A stretch of 62,807 nucleotides of DNA, filler included, from Collodictyon triciliatum (taxonomy: Eukaryota): NCBI GenBank assembly GCA_043381765.1. It is 29 parts of 29 records of this genome, joined end to end, with 100 filler letters (N's around TTAATTAATTAA, not from the genome) between each part and the next. Parts side by side here need not be neighbours in the genome. Positions count along the whole stretch, not along the records: positions 49,897 to 51,959 come from JBHJMP010009606.1; positions 52,060 to 54,130 come from JBHJMP010009607.1; positions 54,231 to 56,292 come from JBHJMP010009608.1; positions 56,393 to 58,454 come from JBHJMP010009609.1; positions 58,555 to 60,646 come from JBHJMP010009610.1; positions 60,747 to 62,807 come from JBHJMP010009611.1; 23 more parts are not named here. One strand, given 5' to 3'. Each line of letters opens with the position of its first letter. Positions within the stretch are counted from its first letter, which is position 1. Below the pieces are notes generated by a model. It was not told where the DNA came from, did no database searches, and was given only the letters and a program-made list of their open reading frames with translations. Below, one piece after another: positions 49,930 through 62,807 of the stretch. The translations under genes and the position numbers were made by a program.

Positions 49930-52294
49930 CTACGCAATCAAATGAGGGTTCATGTTGGACTGTTTTTTTTTTGACCATTTTGCCCTGAACCTCCATTAAA
50001 AAGTGCCCATTGCGAAGAAAGTGACTGTTTACGCCACAAAATAGGCAAATAATCTAATCAACAATTATATTGTGCTAATTTAATAATCTGCCTTAAAAAT
50101 ACAAGAGCTTTATTGTTCATAACGCAAGTTGGCGGGATGCATAATTATGTTGAGGTAAAAACAACCAGGTATGTATATCATAATTATTTTTTTACAAAAA
50201 AGGTTTATGCGTGACTCTTTTTTTTTAACATATGAAAAATATTTCATGAATAACAAACATTTAGATCCACACGAACTGCAAATAAACAACAAATGAGCCA
50301 AATATTCAAGGAAAGATTAGGTAGGCAAGTACAATTATTTAATGAAAGGCTAAAAATCTATAGGTAGACGTTTATTTTGTAAATGTCACCGACGTTCAAT
50401 AAACAAATATCATTAAATTTGTATTTTATCATCTGCATGTCATATATTTTATGATTTGATATGTACATAATTGGTTAATATTAAATCATATAATTCAACA
50501 TCTGGAATCCTTGGAGCACTGTGCCTTTGACCCACTCGAAAAGCCAAAAGACGAGCTAGTCTGTGACATGCACTTAACTTACATCACCGATAAAGCTCTA
50601 TGCATGCTCATGAAATAGTTTGAAAAATAGTATTCACAGTTTCAAACGGGAACGTAATTCACTTGGTTAAGAAAATATATGTATTTATTTTTCACTCCAA
50701 AAAAAATGACACATCATTGAAATATCTGCGCTTCAGATTATCTTCAGTGTGCTACGATATATCTTGAATGAATAAATAAGACAATATGACGCCTCCGGGG
50801 GAAAGTTTGGCCTCGGATCGAATTCAGGTCAGGGGCCTTGGTAGTTGCAGCCGTTTAGAGTTGTAATATTTCTCAACCCTCTCGGATGCATAGTGATGAA
50901 CCAAGAATCCAGCTTCCGTACCAAGCTGACCTTGACCCGAATTCGACGCGTTCATTGCGTTCAAACAAGGTGCAACAACAACGGTGGACTGTAGAAAGAT
51001 GCAAAAAAAAAACCCTTACTTTGAATTGAACGAAGGATATAAAATTATTAAAAGTATTATTACTTGCAGTACACCGTTCTGTGTTTCATGGGTGAAGGGC
51101 ATACATTTCATCCTATGCAAAAATATTGTAAGGTATGTTGATTTTGTTTGCATATATTGTGTTCCTGGAAGATTTTGCTATTTTTTATAATTAAAGTATA
51201 TATGCATAATCATAATATACACAACCTGTGTGGACAGTATTCAACTCTTGCGCGTGTGTCACTTGCCCTCAATATAATAATTTTATTTTATTCTTCTTTA
51301 TGAAATATATTTTATTGTAATTTCTTCAAGATGCAGGCTTTTCGTGGCCTGTTCAACTTTACAACTTTCTTTCAGCTTGTAAGGCACCGGCAGTGTTGTT
51401 CAACTATTTAAATTATTTTTTGTATAATATTAAGTTGTTTATATATATGTATTATATAAAGATTTTTAGCAAACGTGTTTATAAAGCTTCAGAGCGTGTA
51501 AGCATAGGATATTTATACCTGTTGTTGCATGAGAATGTTAAGTAATTTCGCATGACACTGTCCTTATTCTGTTCGTAAGGTCTCTATTTATCCACATCAC
51601 TGGCACATTTGTGAGGGATGCGATTCCACATGCAGCTCTTCCATCTGTTCGCATACTTGTTAGCTACTGAAGCGAAAACAAACAAAAAATATGTAAAATT
51701 ATATATGCACAAATAATAATAATAATAAAAAAGTGAATAATTCAAACTGACTTAAACATACTGGATTTGCATAAACACAAGGAGAAGTAAACCCTGTCAA
51801 GAAAAGTATTTATGGTGGTATCAAACACGAATAATTTAAAGAATAGTTCTATCAAAACAAATATTCGAATAAGAAAGGAATTGAAAGGAACAGTTTCAGA
51901 TTCTTTGTTTTTAAGAAACAGAAATACACACTCAAGCAAGGTGGCAATATTGTGAACATNNNNNNNNNNNNNNNNNNNNNNNNNNNNNNNNNNNNNNNNN
52001 NNNTTAATTAATTAANNNNNNNNNNNNNNNNNNNNNNNNNNNNNNNNNNNNNNNNNNNNTCTCTTTTTCTCTTTTTCTCTTTTTCTCTTTTTCTCTTTTT
52101 CTCTTTTTCTCTTTTTCTCTTTTTCTCTTTTTCTCTTTTTCTCTTTTTCTCTTTTTCTCTTTTTCTCTTTTTCTCTTTTTTTCTTTTTCTCTTTTTCTCT
52201 TTTTCTCTTTTTCTCTTTTTCTCTTTTTCTCTTTTTCTCTTTTTCTCTTTTTCTTTCTTTATTCTTCTTTGGCTCATTGTTTCGTTGTTTTCAG

Positions 52295-52752
52295 ATGGCC
52301 CCGCTCTACGCACACCCCCTGGTTATGAGAGCCTTTTCTATAGTTCGTTGCTTTAATGTGTCGTCTTCAAGCATGGTAAAGGCAACAGAGGTCTCTCTCT
52401 TGACCAGGCAAAAGGTATGAGATGCATTCCATGAGAGATAAGCTGGATGCGAGTCTTAAATATTCGGAACATTATCACCGTCATCATCATCACATTAATT
52501 ATTGTGCGTGTCTATTGATATTTTTATTACATCTGATAGGCTCTCCGTGTTTCTTTTGATGACGGCAAGACTTTCCAGCTTCCTGCTGAGCTGCTTCGGG
52601 TTAAGAGCCCCTCGGTCGAAATGAAGGATCGGACCGGGAAGGACCGCGTGGGTTATTATGCGCTAGTTGCATGCATGCAATCTCCCCTCTTCTTCCAATC
52701 ATACGCCTTATTTGTATATTCCTCATCAGAGTGGTTTTTTATTCTGTTTTAT

Positions 52753-52834
<82 letters not shown>

Positions 52835-53184
52835 TAATGGGACTAACCTATTTTCTCTTTTCCCTTATAGATAATTGGCGGGCGTAGACACGTCGGAATC
52901 ATGAACATCGATCTTGTTGGTAACTATGCTCTTCGAATTGTATTTGATGATTTACACGAAAGCGGGTAAGGCTTTAATAGCTAATATTATACGTGTATTA
53001 GTGTTAGTATTTATGTGACTATATATACATATGTCTATCTGTATGTCTATCTGTATGTCTATCTGTATGTCTATCTGTATGTCTATCTGTATGTCTATCT
53101 GTATGTCTATCTGTATGTCTATCCGTATTTGTGACAGCATCGTTTTTTTTTTTTTTATGTCTTTCCCTATTTTTGAAAGCATCT

Positions 53185-53218
<34 letters not shown>

Positions 53219-53367
53219 GCATCAGCTTGTACACGTGGGATTTCCTTCACCACCTCGGATCAAAGAAACTGACCATTTGTAAAGAATATATCAAAAGTCT
53301 GAAAGAAGCAGGAATGCAAAGAGACCCAAAGAAAGTCCCTGCAACGAAGACACAGTTAAAAGCATAA
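52295..53367 (+). CDS. DUF971 (GBBH-like N-terminal) domain protein, 4 exons, possible mitochondrial presequence
   Basis: LRVSFDDGKTFQLPAELLRVKSPSVE, VGNYALRIVFDDLHESG/LYTWDFL; stop at 53365-53367. Confidence 0.88.
53030..53122. repeat. Intronic 12-mer tandem repeat (ATGTCTATCTGT)n
   Basis: Directly visible, about 7.5 units. Confidence 0.9.
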
Positions 53368-53737
53368 AAAGAAACATCGGGAAGTGAAAATCAAAATCAA
53401 TCTTGCCGCTAGTTTTTCGTCGGATTGAGGAAGTATGATGCACTGGAAGCACCACCATAACAAACCCCAAACTTCATGCATATGCGTTTGTTGGCCTGCT
53501 TTTTTTTTTTTTTCCTTTTCTTTCCTTCTTTTTGTTTTCCTTCAAGATATGAATCGCTGAATGAGACAGCGAGTTCATAAATCTCCATATCTTTTTTCGC
53601 CATTGGTTTTTAGTTTTACATACCATAGATATTGTGTCTCGGTAAGAGAAATGAAAGTGATTGAGTGAGAGAAAGAAAAGAAGAGATATTTTGGACATAG
53701 AACTTTGGGAAGGGCGATTCAAGAATGGTTATCTTTA

Positions 53738-53877
53738 TCAGGATTGTCCTGCTCCAAGTTGGTTAAGGTTATCTAGGTCAAGATCGACATCAGTTAACTC
53801 TGGTATTGGAGTTCTCTCCGGTGGAGGTGGCGGCAGTGATGAACTCTGGGCGTAATACTCGGCGAACAACGGATGCT
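53738..53877 (-). CDS. Terminal exon, possibly the C-terminus of a protein kinase
   Basis: CTAACAG acceptor, then HPLFAEYY..PPPPP..*; HPxF is typical of kinase domain ends but is weak evidence alone. Confidence 0.3.
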
Positions 53878-55421
53878 CTGTTAGGGTATTTAATTACTTA
53901 TCAACCTATGAATTTGCGATTACTTATGGATGGAAATAAAATGGTAGGAAGACTAACAATCGTTTCATTCTTATACATCGAAGATAAAAAAAAAAAAGGC
54001 GGGTAATATATGCTTCGTTTAGTCTTTGTTCTTTGTTCTTTGTTCTTTGTTCTTTGTTCTTTGTTCTTTGTTCTTTGTTCTTTGTTCTTTGTTCTTTGTT
54101 CTTTGTTCTTTGTTCTTTGTTCTTTGTTCTNNNNNNNNNNNNNNNNNNNNNNNNNNNNNNNNNNNNNNNNNNNNTTAATTAATTAANNNNNNNNNNNNNN
54201 NNNNNNNNNNNNNNNNNNNNNNNNNNNNNNACGTGATAATTACATTTAAGTACTGGACTAAATGCCTGTTATATGGAAAATTTTATGTTCTGTTGACATT
54301 TTAGATTTCCGCGAAGTCGACATGGTAGATTTCCGCGAAGTTGACATGTTTAATGCCCATGGGTTGAAGAGGTTAATTTCCATGAAGGTTTCTTTCGCAT
54401 AATTTTTCAAAGATTCTGTCTCATGGCACCTCAATGGTGCATGAGGTTTCAATATGTTTTCCTGTGGCTACTGCTATATTCAAATTATTAGATTTACTTT
54501 AGTTATTTTGAATTATTTGACTTTCAAATAAATGAAATTGAAGTATATGAATAATTACTACAGCCTTTATGAATAGATTCTGGACAAAGCTTCATTAAAT
54601 ATTGAAGTAATGTGTTGGGACGGTTGGCTCAGCTTGTTATTCAAGATTTAAATTTTTAGATATAACCATACTCAAAAAATGACATGTTTTACCGCGAAAT
54701 AGAAAAATATTCCTTTCAATCGGCCGTATGTGTAAGATTCAAAGTAAATTCTTGGTAAAGCGCGCCAAATTTTATTTTCTTAAAATATAGGAGTAACGAC
54801 TTTCATAACTTTTCAAGCCAAAGGTGCTATTCATAGCATTTTGAACTTGAGTCGGCGACTAAATATGCTATGTATGGTTATATTTTAGCCATCTTGCATA
54901 ATGAGTATATCTTTGAATTATTCTTGTAACGGTTTGTAATCATTGAATTTTGATATTAAAACTTCAGATTTTTTCACAAACCATAATATAAAGAGAGGGA
55001 CGAAGAAACTCTTTCACGAAAAAAACATTAGTTACTGAAGAATATTTGCCGATAATTCTCATGTGATGCACTCAGGCACAATCAACTTCGTTAGTCTTCA
55101 AGAAAATTTCAACTATTTTTTAGAGATTTTTGTCAAACTTCAATCATAAGAAAACCTAAAGACCATACTTCCTAAAAATTTATGATATTTACCATTGTTT
55201 TATCTCTTTTATAATGGAAATGATGGTAGAAATCAAGAATAATATGTTGTTTTAAAAAATTCCTTTATTCGATGTTATTTTAATATTTATTTAGGGAAAG
55301 TAAAAACATTTGTTTATTGAAAATATAGAATATGGCATCTGAACTTAAGATGCTCTCAGTAAATATTCAGCAAAACTTAATTACAACTAAACTAAAAATT
55401 TTGTATGTATTTTATTAATAG

Positions 55422-56243
55422 GATGAAAGGTGTTGTTGAAGTAATCAATTCCAATGAACCGACAATTGGAGTCTACGAAAAAGAGTTGAAAGACCCTAAG
55501 GGAGACCGTGACCTGAAGAGCATGTCTCTCTCAAGCACAGCCACAGGTGCTCTGGACGTCCTCGACCTCTCATCAATATGGAACAGAAATTCTGGTTCCC
55601 AAATTGACGCCCTGATTTGCGAAGAAATTAGAGAAAACTATCAGATGGACAATTGGCTGAGTTTCTTGGTACAAAATTCTCAATTTTAAAACTATATCCA
55701 TATTAAATCGTAAAGATCTCATATCATGTTGTTTATAATAAAAATATCGATATTGCAACTAAAATACTGATTTTTTCAGCTTTCGTGCATTTTTACGGTT
55801 GATTGTAAATGCTTATTCAAATATTCTACCTTATTTCCATAATGTAGAATATCGAAGTGGAAAAGGAGTTCATAGAGAAATACTTTAACCCCATCGATAC
55901 ACACCGTGCTTTCTGCCTTGTTGTTGCGTGTATTTGGACTCTTTCAACATTATTTCTTATATTGGATTTCCATTTTTCACGGTGCATAATATTTTTTGCC
56001 CTTGGAAGTAGTCATTTATGGGGTTACTTCTTACTCAAAAATAGGTGATGTTAATACGCAATCATGTTATAAAATTTTTGTTTCTCGCTTCGGCATTCAA
56101 AATATTATTATGAGTATTCATCAAATTATAGTGCGTGAAATTTTATTGATATTTCTTCGTATACTTTTGCATTTTAGAGCTAATTATTTAAAATCACTCC
56201 TCAGGAAAGCGAGGAACTACCAACTGCAACTGATCTGTGTTTT
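55422..56243 (+). CDS. Hypothetical protein, internal exons
   Basis: Open exons ~55422-55668, ~55848-55928 and ~56179-56243 with AG/GT ends. Confidence 0.45.
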
Positions 56244-56392
56244 GGTATTCTTTAATGTGGTTGGAATCGGTATGCTACTAAAACTCAGCCAANNNNNNNN
56301 NNNNNNNNNNNNNNNNNNNNNNNNNNNNNNNNNNNNTTAATTAATTAANNNNNNNNNNNNNNNNNNNNNNNNNNNNNNNNNNNNNNNNNNNN

Positions 56393-56431
<39 letters not shown>

Positions 56432-57291
56432 CTTTTTTTTTTTCTTTTGTTTTTTCTTTTGTTTTTTCTTTTGTTTTTTTCTTTTGTTCTTTTCTTTTGT
56501 TTTTTTGTTTTTCTTGGTTTTTCATGATTTTTCTTTAAGTAGTTATTTTGGGGAATGTTCTTGTTTAGTTTCGCGCTTTCATACTTTCTTGGTTCCATTC
56601 TTACAATCTACTCCACGCATTGCAACCCCAAGAAGCGTAGCGGTACAAGAAGCGCGTTTTGTGCGCAGCGGATTGAGACACATGACATGTCCATGCGAAA
56701 CGCCAACACTGAAAATATATGTGTATGAAAAGAAAGCCTTTGTCTTATTGGTTGAGAGGAGAACCTTGGATTGACTCTGCCTTTCTTGCCATCGTGTCTT
56801 GGCGAGTGCAACTCTGTTTAACTGAGGAGTAAAAGAACCGCTCGCAAAGGAAAGGAAGCGTTGGTTTGCACGTTAATATTCTTTTGATGCAATCTTGGCT
56901 CGCTCTAGGACGTGCACTGTCAGGTCCGATGCAATCGACTCAACTACACTCAATCATTCCTGCTGACTATCTTCCGAGGCTTTGTGATTAATCGAGTGGA
57001 AATGGTAGGAGTTCTTTTTCGAATGAAGGCCGGGGCTCGAACGAGATACGCTACATTCTCCAGCTGCGCGTTAGATTAATTCATCCATGAAATATTGAAT
57101 GAGAAAGTGAAAAGGGAAGATGGACAACGTCTGAAACAGAATAGTTTTTTTTTAAAAAAAGTAATAATAATAATCACGAGAAACTGCTTCTTTGTTCCTT
57201 TTTCTTCTGTTTTGCTTCATTTAGTTGAGTCGATTTGGTATCTGCTGGCATGAATCCTTGGTTTGAATGTATTTGCCTAGAGTAGTTGGCT

Positions 57292-58229
57292 TTACACCTC
57301 ATCTTCATTCAGCATCATGTTGGGGATGGACTGTCGAATCTCGTAGCGGCGGTTGCAGTTTCTGCATACAATAGCTCCTTCGTGGATGCGCAACTGATAT
57401 ACAATTAAAATAAAGAAAGCTTAAGCAAGACTACTCATATGATAATAGTCGCAACTCGTGCATAAGGGTCATGACGGCATGTATCTGCGCACAATAGCTC
57501 CCCAGCATATATATATNNNNNNNNNNNNNNNNNNNNNNNNNNNNNNNNNNNNNNNNNNNNNNNNNNNNNNNNNNNNNNNNNNNNNNNNNNNNNNNNNNNN
57601 NNNNNNNNNNNNNNNNNNNNNNNNNNNNNNNNNNNNNNNNNNNNNNNNNNNNNNNNNNNNNNNNNNNNNNNNNNNNNNNNNNNNNNNNNNNNNNNNNNNN
57701 NNNNNNNNNNNNNNNNNNNNNNNNNNNNNNNNNNNNNNNNNNNNNNNNNNNNNNNNNNNNNNNNNNNNNNNNNNNNNNNNNNNNNNNNNNNNNNNNNNNN
57801 NNNNNNNNNNNNNNNNNNNNNNNNNNNNNNNNNNNNNNNNNTGCAGCAAATAATTGTGGAGTGAGGTGAGAAGCTCCTCATTTTGCGCAGCATCGGCCGG
57901 TAAGCCAGAAGGCAGCGAGTGCTCGATAGACAGCTACAATAGAATCGGTGGGTATGACCTCTTGGATGGTATATTGCACGCATATGTTTGGGGACTATTT
58001 CGTATGTCTAGGGCAGAGACCAGCGTTGTTTAGCAAAAGGATTGGGTACATCAGCCAAGGCGCCAAGCAGAGCTGGCCAGTGGATGCGGGGGAGCATCTT
58101 GATCATAAACTCTTTGTTAAACTCGCGCTCGTCTTCTTGGACCTCTTGGGCTTCGATGCGGAGTGGGAAGTTGTTTTCACGGCAGTTTTGCACGATGCAT
58201 TGCAGGATGTTGTGTGTGAGTAGGTGCAT
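57292..58229 (-). CDS. TRMT112: Methyltransferase activator Trm112 (3 exons; one intron contains an N gap)
   Basis: MHLLTHNILQC..FPLRI..EFNKEFMIKMLPRIHWPAL/..NEELLTSLHNYLL/..EGAIVCRNCNRRYEIRQSIPNMMLNEDEV*. Confidence 0.95.
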
Positions 58230-59425
58230 TCGAATTGATGGTCTGTTGTGTGCCTTTCTGCAAGTGTCCTGTTTGTTTTCGTTTTGTTTTTAATATAAGT
58301 GCACCAGATCTGCGCTTAGGTCAAACTAACGTCCTTTTTTTTTTGTTTTTTTGTTTTTTGGTGTTTTTTGTTTTTGTTTTTTTGTTTTTTGTTCTTTGTT
58401 TTTTGTTTTTTGTTTTTTGTTTTTTGTTTTTTGTTTTTTGTTTTTTGTTTTTTGNNNNNNNNNNNNNNNNNNNNNNNNNNNNNNNNNNNNNNNNNNNNTT
58501 AATTAATTAANNNNNNNNNNNNNNNNNNNNNNNNNNNNNNNNNNNNNNNNNNNNTTGTTATCTTTTTTTTTTTTTTGTTTCTTTTCTTTTTTTAAAAAAG
58601 CCATTGTCTGGTTGAAGGGCCATTTAATTTTAAAGGTGATATCGCAACGAAAAACGTCGTCATCATTCCCTTGCATGACCCAATCATTCATCATCATCCT
58701 AGTTTTCTGGAGAATTAAACAGAGAATTTTGTAAGGGTTGGGGAGATTTTTTTTCCTTTTTTCGATACAAGGGATCAGTTTTTTTTTAAGAGGACATTAT
58801 ATTATTAGAGTAGGTGCCCATGTACGAAGGTGGGCGATTATCAGTAATATTGGTAGTGTGTCATTTATTCTTCTGGCTTCGAAATTGTGATGACTTTGGC
58901 GTGGGGTGCAGCTTAGACCCCAAAACTTCTTTCCATACGGCCAAGTATCTATTATAAATGTTTCTCCCTTGATAAATAAGAGCATACATCCGCAATGTAA
59001 AATAAAGATGGAGGAAAGGAAGCTTTAAATTTGCATATAATTCGTACGTGGGATATGAATAATATTGCTGATGAAATATTTCACCTCGGAAAGTGCAGTG
59101 TCAGACTATTTCCATATCCACCGAGCCGTGTATGCCAGTCCAGAATAAAGTAAAAGAGAGAATACATAAACGGTTTGTATAGTGAGTTTCTTTTTTTAAA
59201 AAAAAAAAAATTATTGTTGTTTTTTGTTCGTTTTCGCTTTTAAGTTACACTATTATCTAGTTTTTGCCCCTATTCCTAAAATAAAAACTTGACCAATTAC
59301 ATTATTTTATAGTTGAAAAACCATGAGGAATTTTAGGAAAAAAAAATGCCCCTTTTTGGCAGAGTTGTGAAAAAAAGTTTAAAAGTAAACCTGCGTCTCG
59401 TTATATTGGGGTGCTATGGGACCGT

Positions 59426-60523
59426 CTACAACATCAAGGGGTAAATGTTGTCATGACCAATGCTATAGTGGCGTTCTGATTCGTCATTCTCCCAACGAAC
59501 GACCCATGTTTGTGAGAGAGTATTTTGCCTAATGAGGACTCCGGTTTTATCCGCCCCTCCATCTTCGTTTCCATGATTCCAATTCCTTCCTCTTCGTACC
59601 TTGAGCCCTACCACTGCATTTTGAGATGTAACTGCACTTGGAGGAATTCCCTCGTTTGAAGTATCAGACTTATCAGCAGCATCTTGATTGAATGAGTCGC
59701 TAAGTAAGTCTAGGGATACACGACTTCGAAATTAGATAAAAAGAAAAGAGTTTGTGCATTTGTAGAGTGCTTACATATAGTCAGAGTATTTATTGATTTA
59801 TCATACCTGGGTTAGTTAATGACTGCAGCCGTCCAAACATTCTTGATACAATTGAGTTCATCGGATGTGGTACGCCAAACAGGCTTGTTGGAGTCGTCAT
59901 TGGTTGCTAGTAGGTTTTATGTATTAAAGCTTTTGGATGGTTGTACTGCATTAACTGCGTTTATTGTTGGTGGGCTTGTGAGTGATAGCAGCGAATTATG
60001 CCCAAGCGGCCCTGAGTTATCCAGGATTTGAGACGAATTCGGTACGTCAGACGGTACTGATGCTAGATCTGGTTCATTTCTAATTCCATTAGAGAGTGGA
60101 GAAGATCCTTTCATATTTTTTTTTTTTCACGTGAGACAGACGGGCTTGAATGGATGATATGCTGACTTTCTTCAGGCGCGGAGGATGGGGCTGGGAAATC
60201 ATGAGAAATCGATGGATGTGCTTTGATAGAAGGAGGGATTGGTTGTTGGGCTGTATGAGGTCGAGATTCATCTTCAAAAATTGGTATGATGATTCCGCGG
60301 GCTTTGGGTGAGGATTGGCAAGGGGCGCACATCATCTTGAGGAGGCCCTTTTCTTGCAGCTCCACAAGATATTTTTCTGTCAGGCCGTACAAAGGAGATT
60401 ACATAAGTGCTTCGTGAGGAATACCTGGCACAGATTTTGTAAGCAAATATATTCATTCAGCGTATCTTCATAATTATGCAGGTAAGCCACACAGATCAGT
60501 GAAGACGGGTCGTATGTTTTCAT
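59426..60523 (-). CDS. Protein with a MIB-HERC2 domain (partial)
   Basis: VGLKVRRGRNWNHGNEDGG..GV..WVVRWEN..YSIG..YPL, preceded by Ser/Pro-rich exons. Confidence 0.75.
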
Positions 60524-60746
60524 GAAAACGGTAAATAGGTAAATGGATGAAAACTCTCGATTTTGATATCTATATGAGATAGGGGCGGTGAAAGGACATC
60601 AGATAAAATTGAATTAACGATGAGACCTGGTAATAACGCAAGGAGANNNNNNNNNNNNNNNNNNNNNNNNNNNNNNNNNNNNNNNNNNNNTTAATTAATT
60701 AANNNNNNNNNNNNNNNNNNNNNNNNNNNNNNNNNNNNNNNNNNNN

Positions 60747-60835
<89 letters not shown>

Positions 60836-60913
60836 AAACAAAAAACATCACAATTGGATTAAGCAGATTTTCGGGAATGATTTTCCACTAAAAATGTTTC
60901 CTAAAACATAACA

Positions 60914-61968
60914 GCAAAAGAATACCGGAAGGACACATGGAATATATTCAGGAATTCTTTAAAATTATGCCAGTCCACGCTTACAAGCACGATAAAAACA
61001 GAAAACACAAGATAGAGTTTGTTTTTATGTTTATTTTTCAACAGTAAAAAAAACAAAAAAAAAAAGTGCCTTGCCTTTCCTCAATCACCGAGTCAATTAA
61101 TTAGCGAGAAAAATTACAAACTTTCGGACCAGCTTGATTTTGTTGGGAGCTACAAATTTGCATTAATACTAGAAACAACCATAGAAGATGATTGGTAAAT
61201 CCCAACATATTTCCTCTAAACGTTTCTCCTATGCTATTACACTATTTATTACATATAATAGTTTACTTTCTAGGGTCGGAGGAGAGTTTTCTCAAGCGTT
61301 TCTTGCAGGAACAGTGCCAATATACCTCGGAGCACCAAATATAAATATATTTTCTCCAGGTGAAACTATCTACTTCTGTTCCTGATGCGCTGTTTGGACC
61401 AAGTTGATGGTTAAATTTTCACGATTGTTATGGTCTTCAAGGCGGCGATAATATGCCATTTGAGCTGAATTTTATAAGAAAGATACCAAGGTCAATTATT
61501 TCTAAAAGAAACTATCTAAAAGGTCCCAAATCCTTCATTGATATTCGAGACTTTGAATCGCCGCAAGTAAACCGTCAAGATATTATATATATCATTAGAC
61601 TGTATTACCATGACTTAGTATACGATATCTATACCTATGCATGTCTATGTCACTTACTTTTTTCATCCCAATTTACAGGATTTGGCCAATCACATCGATA
61701 TGTTGACAAGGGACGAAGAGAAGTACATGGAGTACTTTGGTACCATTCACTTAGAGGATCAGATATGAATGATTCAAATATCTTTAACACTATGTTTTAA
61801 ATCTATCTATATACATTTACGCACATATTTAATTATTCTGCAGAATGGAAAAAATCAGGACTCTCACCTCAATTCCAGGAGAGACTCAACAATTGTTATC
61901 ATTACGCTGAATGCCGACTATGTCAAAAAATCTCCGAGACCAGAAATTGTAAACAAGGGGCGGATTGA
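60914..61968 (+). CDS. GT10 alpha-1,3-fucosyltransferase-like C-terminal domain
   Basis: YKFALILE..DDW/VGGEFSQAFLAGTVPIYLGAPNI..P/GPKSFIDIRDFESPQ/DLANHI..Y..YF/EWK..CRLC. Confidence 0.85.
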
Positions 61969-62636
61969 TAATCGTCTTTTTGTTTTTTAGAAAAAAAAAA
62001 CTAGGCATCTAATCTCTTAAATTGATAAACGTATCATCAAAATCTTTTCAATCCCCCAAGGCAGTATCCTGTAAAGAGAAATTCGCAAGCAAGTCGACAG
62101 CCCAACGTGCAAACAAACTTAGAGAAATAAGAAACTATCTTGTGCTGGACTCCTTTTACAGAGACTTTGTGCCGTAAAACAGATGTGATGATTGTCTCCA
62201 GTATAATTTGCAGGTAGCAGATTAACGCAGCCTTTGTTGGATGTCACGAACAGCTTTCAACCTGCGTAGTCTCATAAAAATTTCCCTTGACCTTGGAAGA
62301 AACTCATTCGCGTTTGTGTCAACAACCACGCAACAATGAATGAAACATCCGGACTGTGTGAGTAGACATCTCCTGCGGCGGCTCCTCGGGGTTCTCTTCA
62401 TCCCTTCGACTCGCTCCGCCCTGCGCCTTATCCGTTGGTTGGGTTGGCGGGTGACTCGGCGGAAGGAAGAAAACAAACGAAAACAACAGAGCCGAGAGTT
62501 CTTTGCTGCTGCCCGAACAACGACTGTCTTTATGCAGCTTTGTTTCTCTTCTCTGCACAGTACGCTGGAGTGGTGATGGGCGCATATGCCTGCCCAGCGA
62601 AAGGGTTTGGATTGTTGAGGCCGGCTTTGCGTTTAT

Positions 62637-62690
<54 letters not shown>

Positions 62691-62807
62691 CATCGGGCTT
62701 TGGGAACACAAAGAACAAAAGAACAAAAGAACAAAAGAACAAAAGAACAAAAGAACAAAAGAACAAAAGAACAAAAGAACAAAAGAACAAAAGAACAAAA
62801 GAACAAA

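Noticed and set aside
60980-61066. GC-AG intron in the fucosyltransferase
   Set aside because: An alternative short GT-AG intron (61017-61044) also keeps the frame, so this cannot be decided without RNA data.
62222-62640. Minus-strand ORFs at the window end, and exon-like blocks at 34230-34515 and 56600-56960
   Set aside because: They are possibly coding, but I could not assign a consistent frame or family.

Overview
This window is not a contiguous locus. It is 29 unplaced eukaryotic contigs of about 2.06-2.09 kb, roughly size-sorted and joined by an artificial 100-nt spacer (44 N + TTAATTAATTAA + 44 N), so gene neighbourhoods across spacers are meaningless. The DNA is AT-rich, intron-dense and microsatellite-rich, and uses the standard code in every gene I reconstructed; it is probably a protist, but the taxon cannot be determined. 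Recognisable spliced genes or fragments are CHMP5/VPS60, an arylsulfatase, an RNF213-like AAA+ protein, a highly homogenised WD40-repeat protein, eIF3h, a Tim17-family protein, an NAD-epimerase, a PlsC acyltransferase, eIF4E, an AK9-like exon, FCF1, an NHL-repeat protein, an M28 peptidase, MTMR14, CDC50, a DUF971 protein, TRMT112, a MIB-HERC2-domain protein and a GT10 fucosyltransferase. There are three L1/Tx1-like retrotransposon remnants. The most interesting unannotated signals are: (i) ultra-short insertions flanked by target-site duplications (TSDs) that share the 3' end CTTTGAATCGAATAAAGG(A)n; (ii) two conserved blocks in the LINE 3' UTR that recur in an otherwise unrelated contig and may be an antisense micro-ORF or an RNA structure; (iii) a pseudoknot with partly HDV-ribozyme-like topology next to a 54-bp tandem array; (iv) WD40 repeats that vary mainly at a few positions, as in fungal HET-E-type sensors. 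Exon structures were read by hand and no database searches were run.
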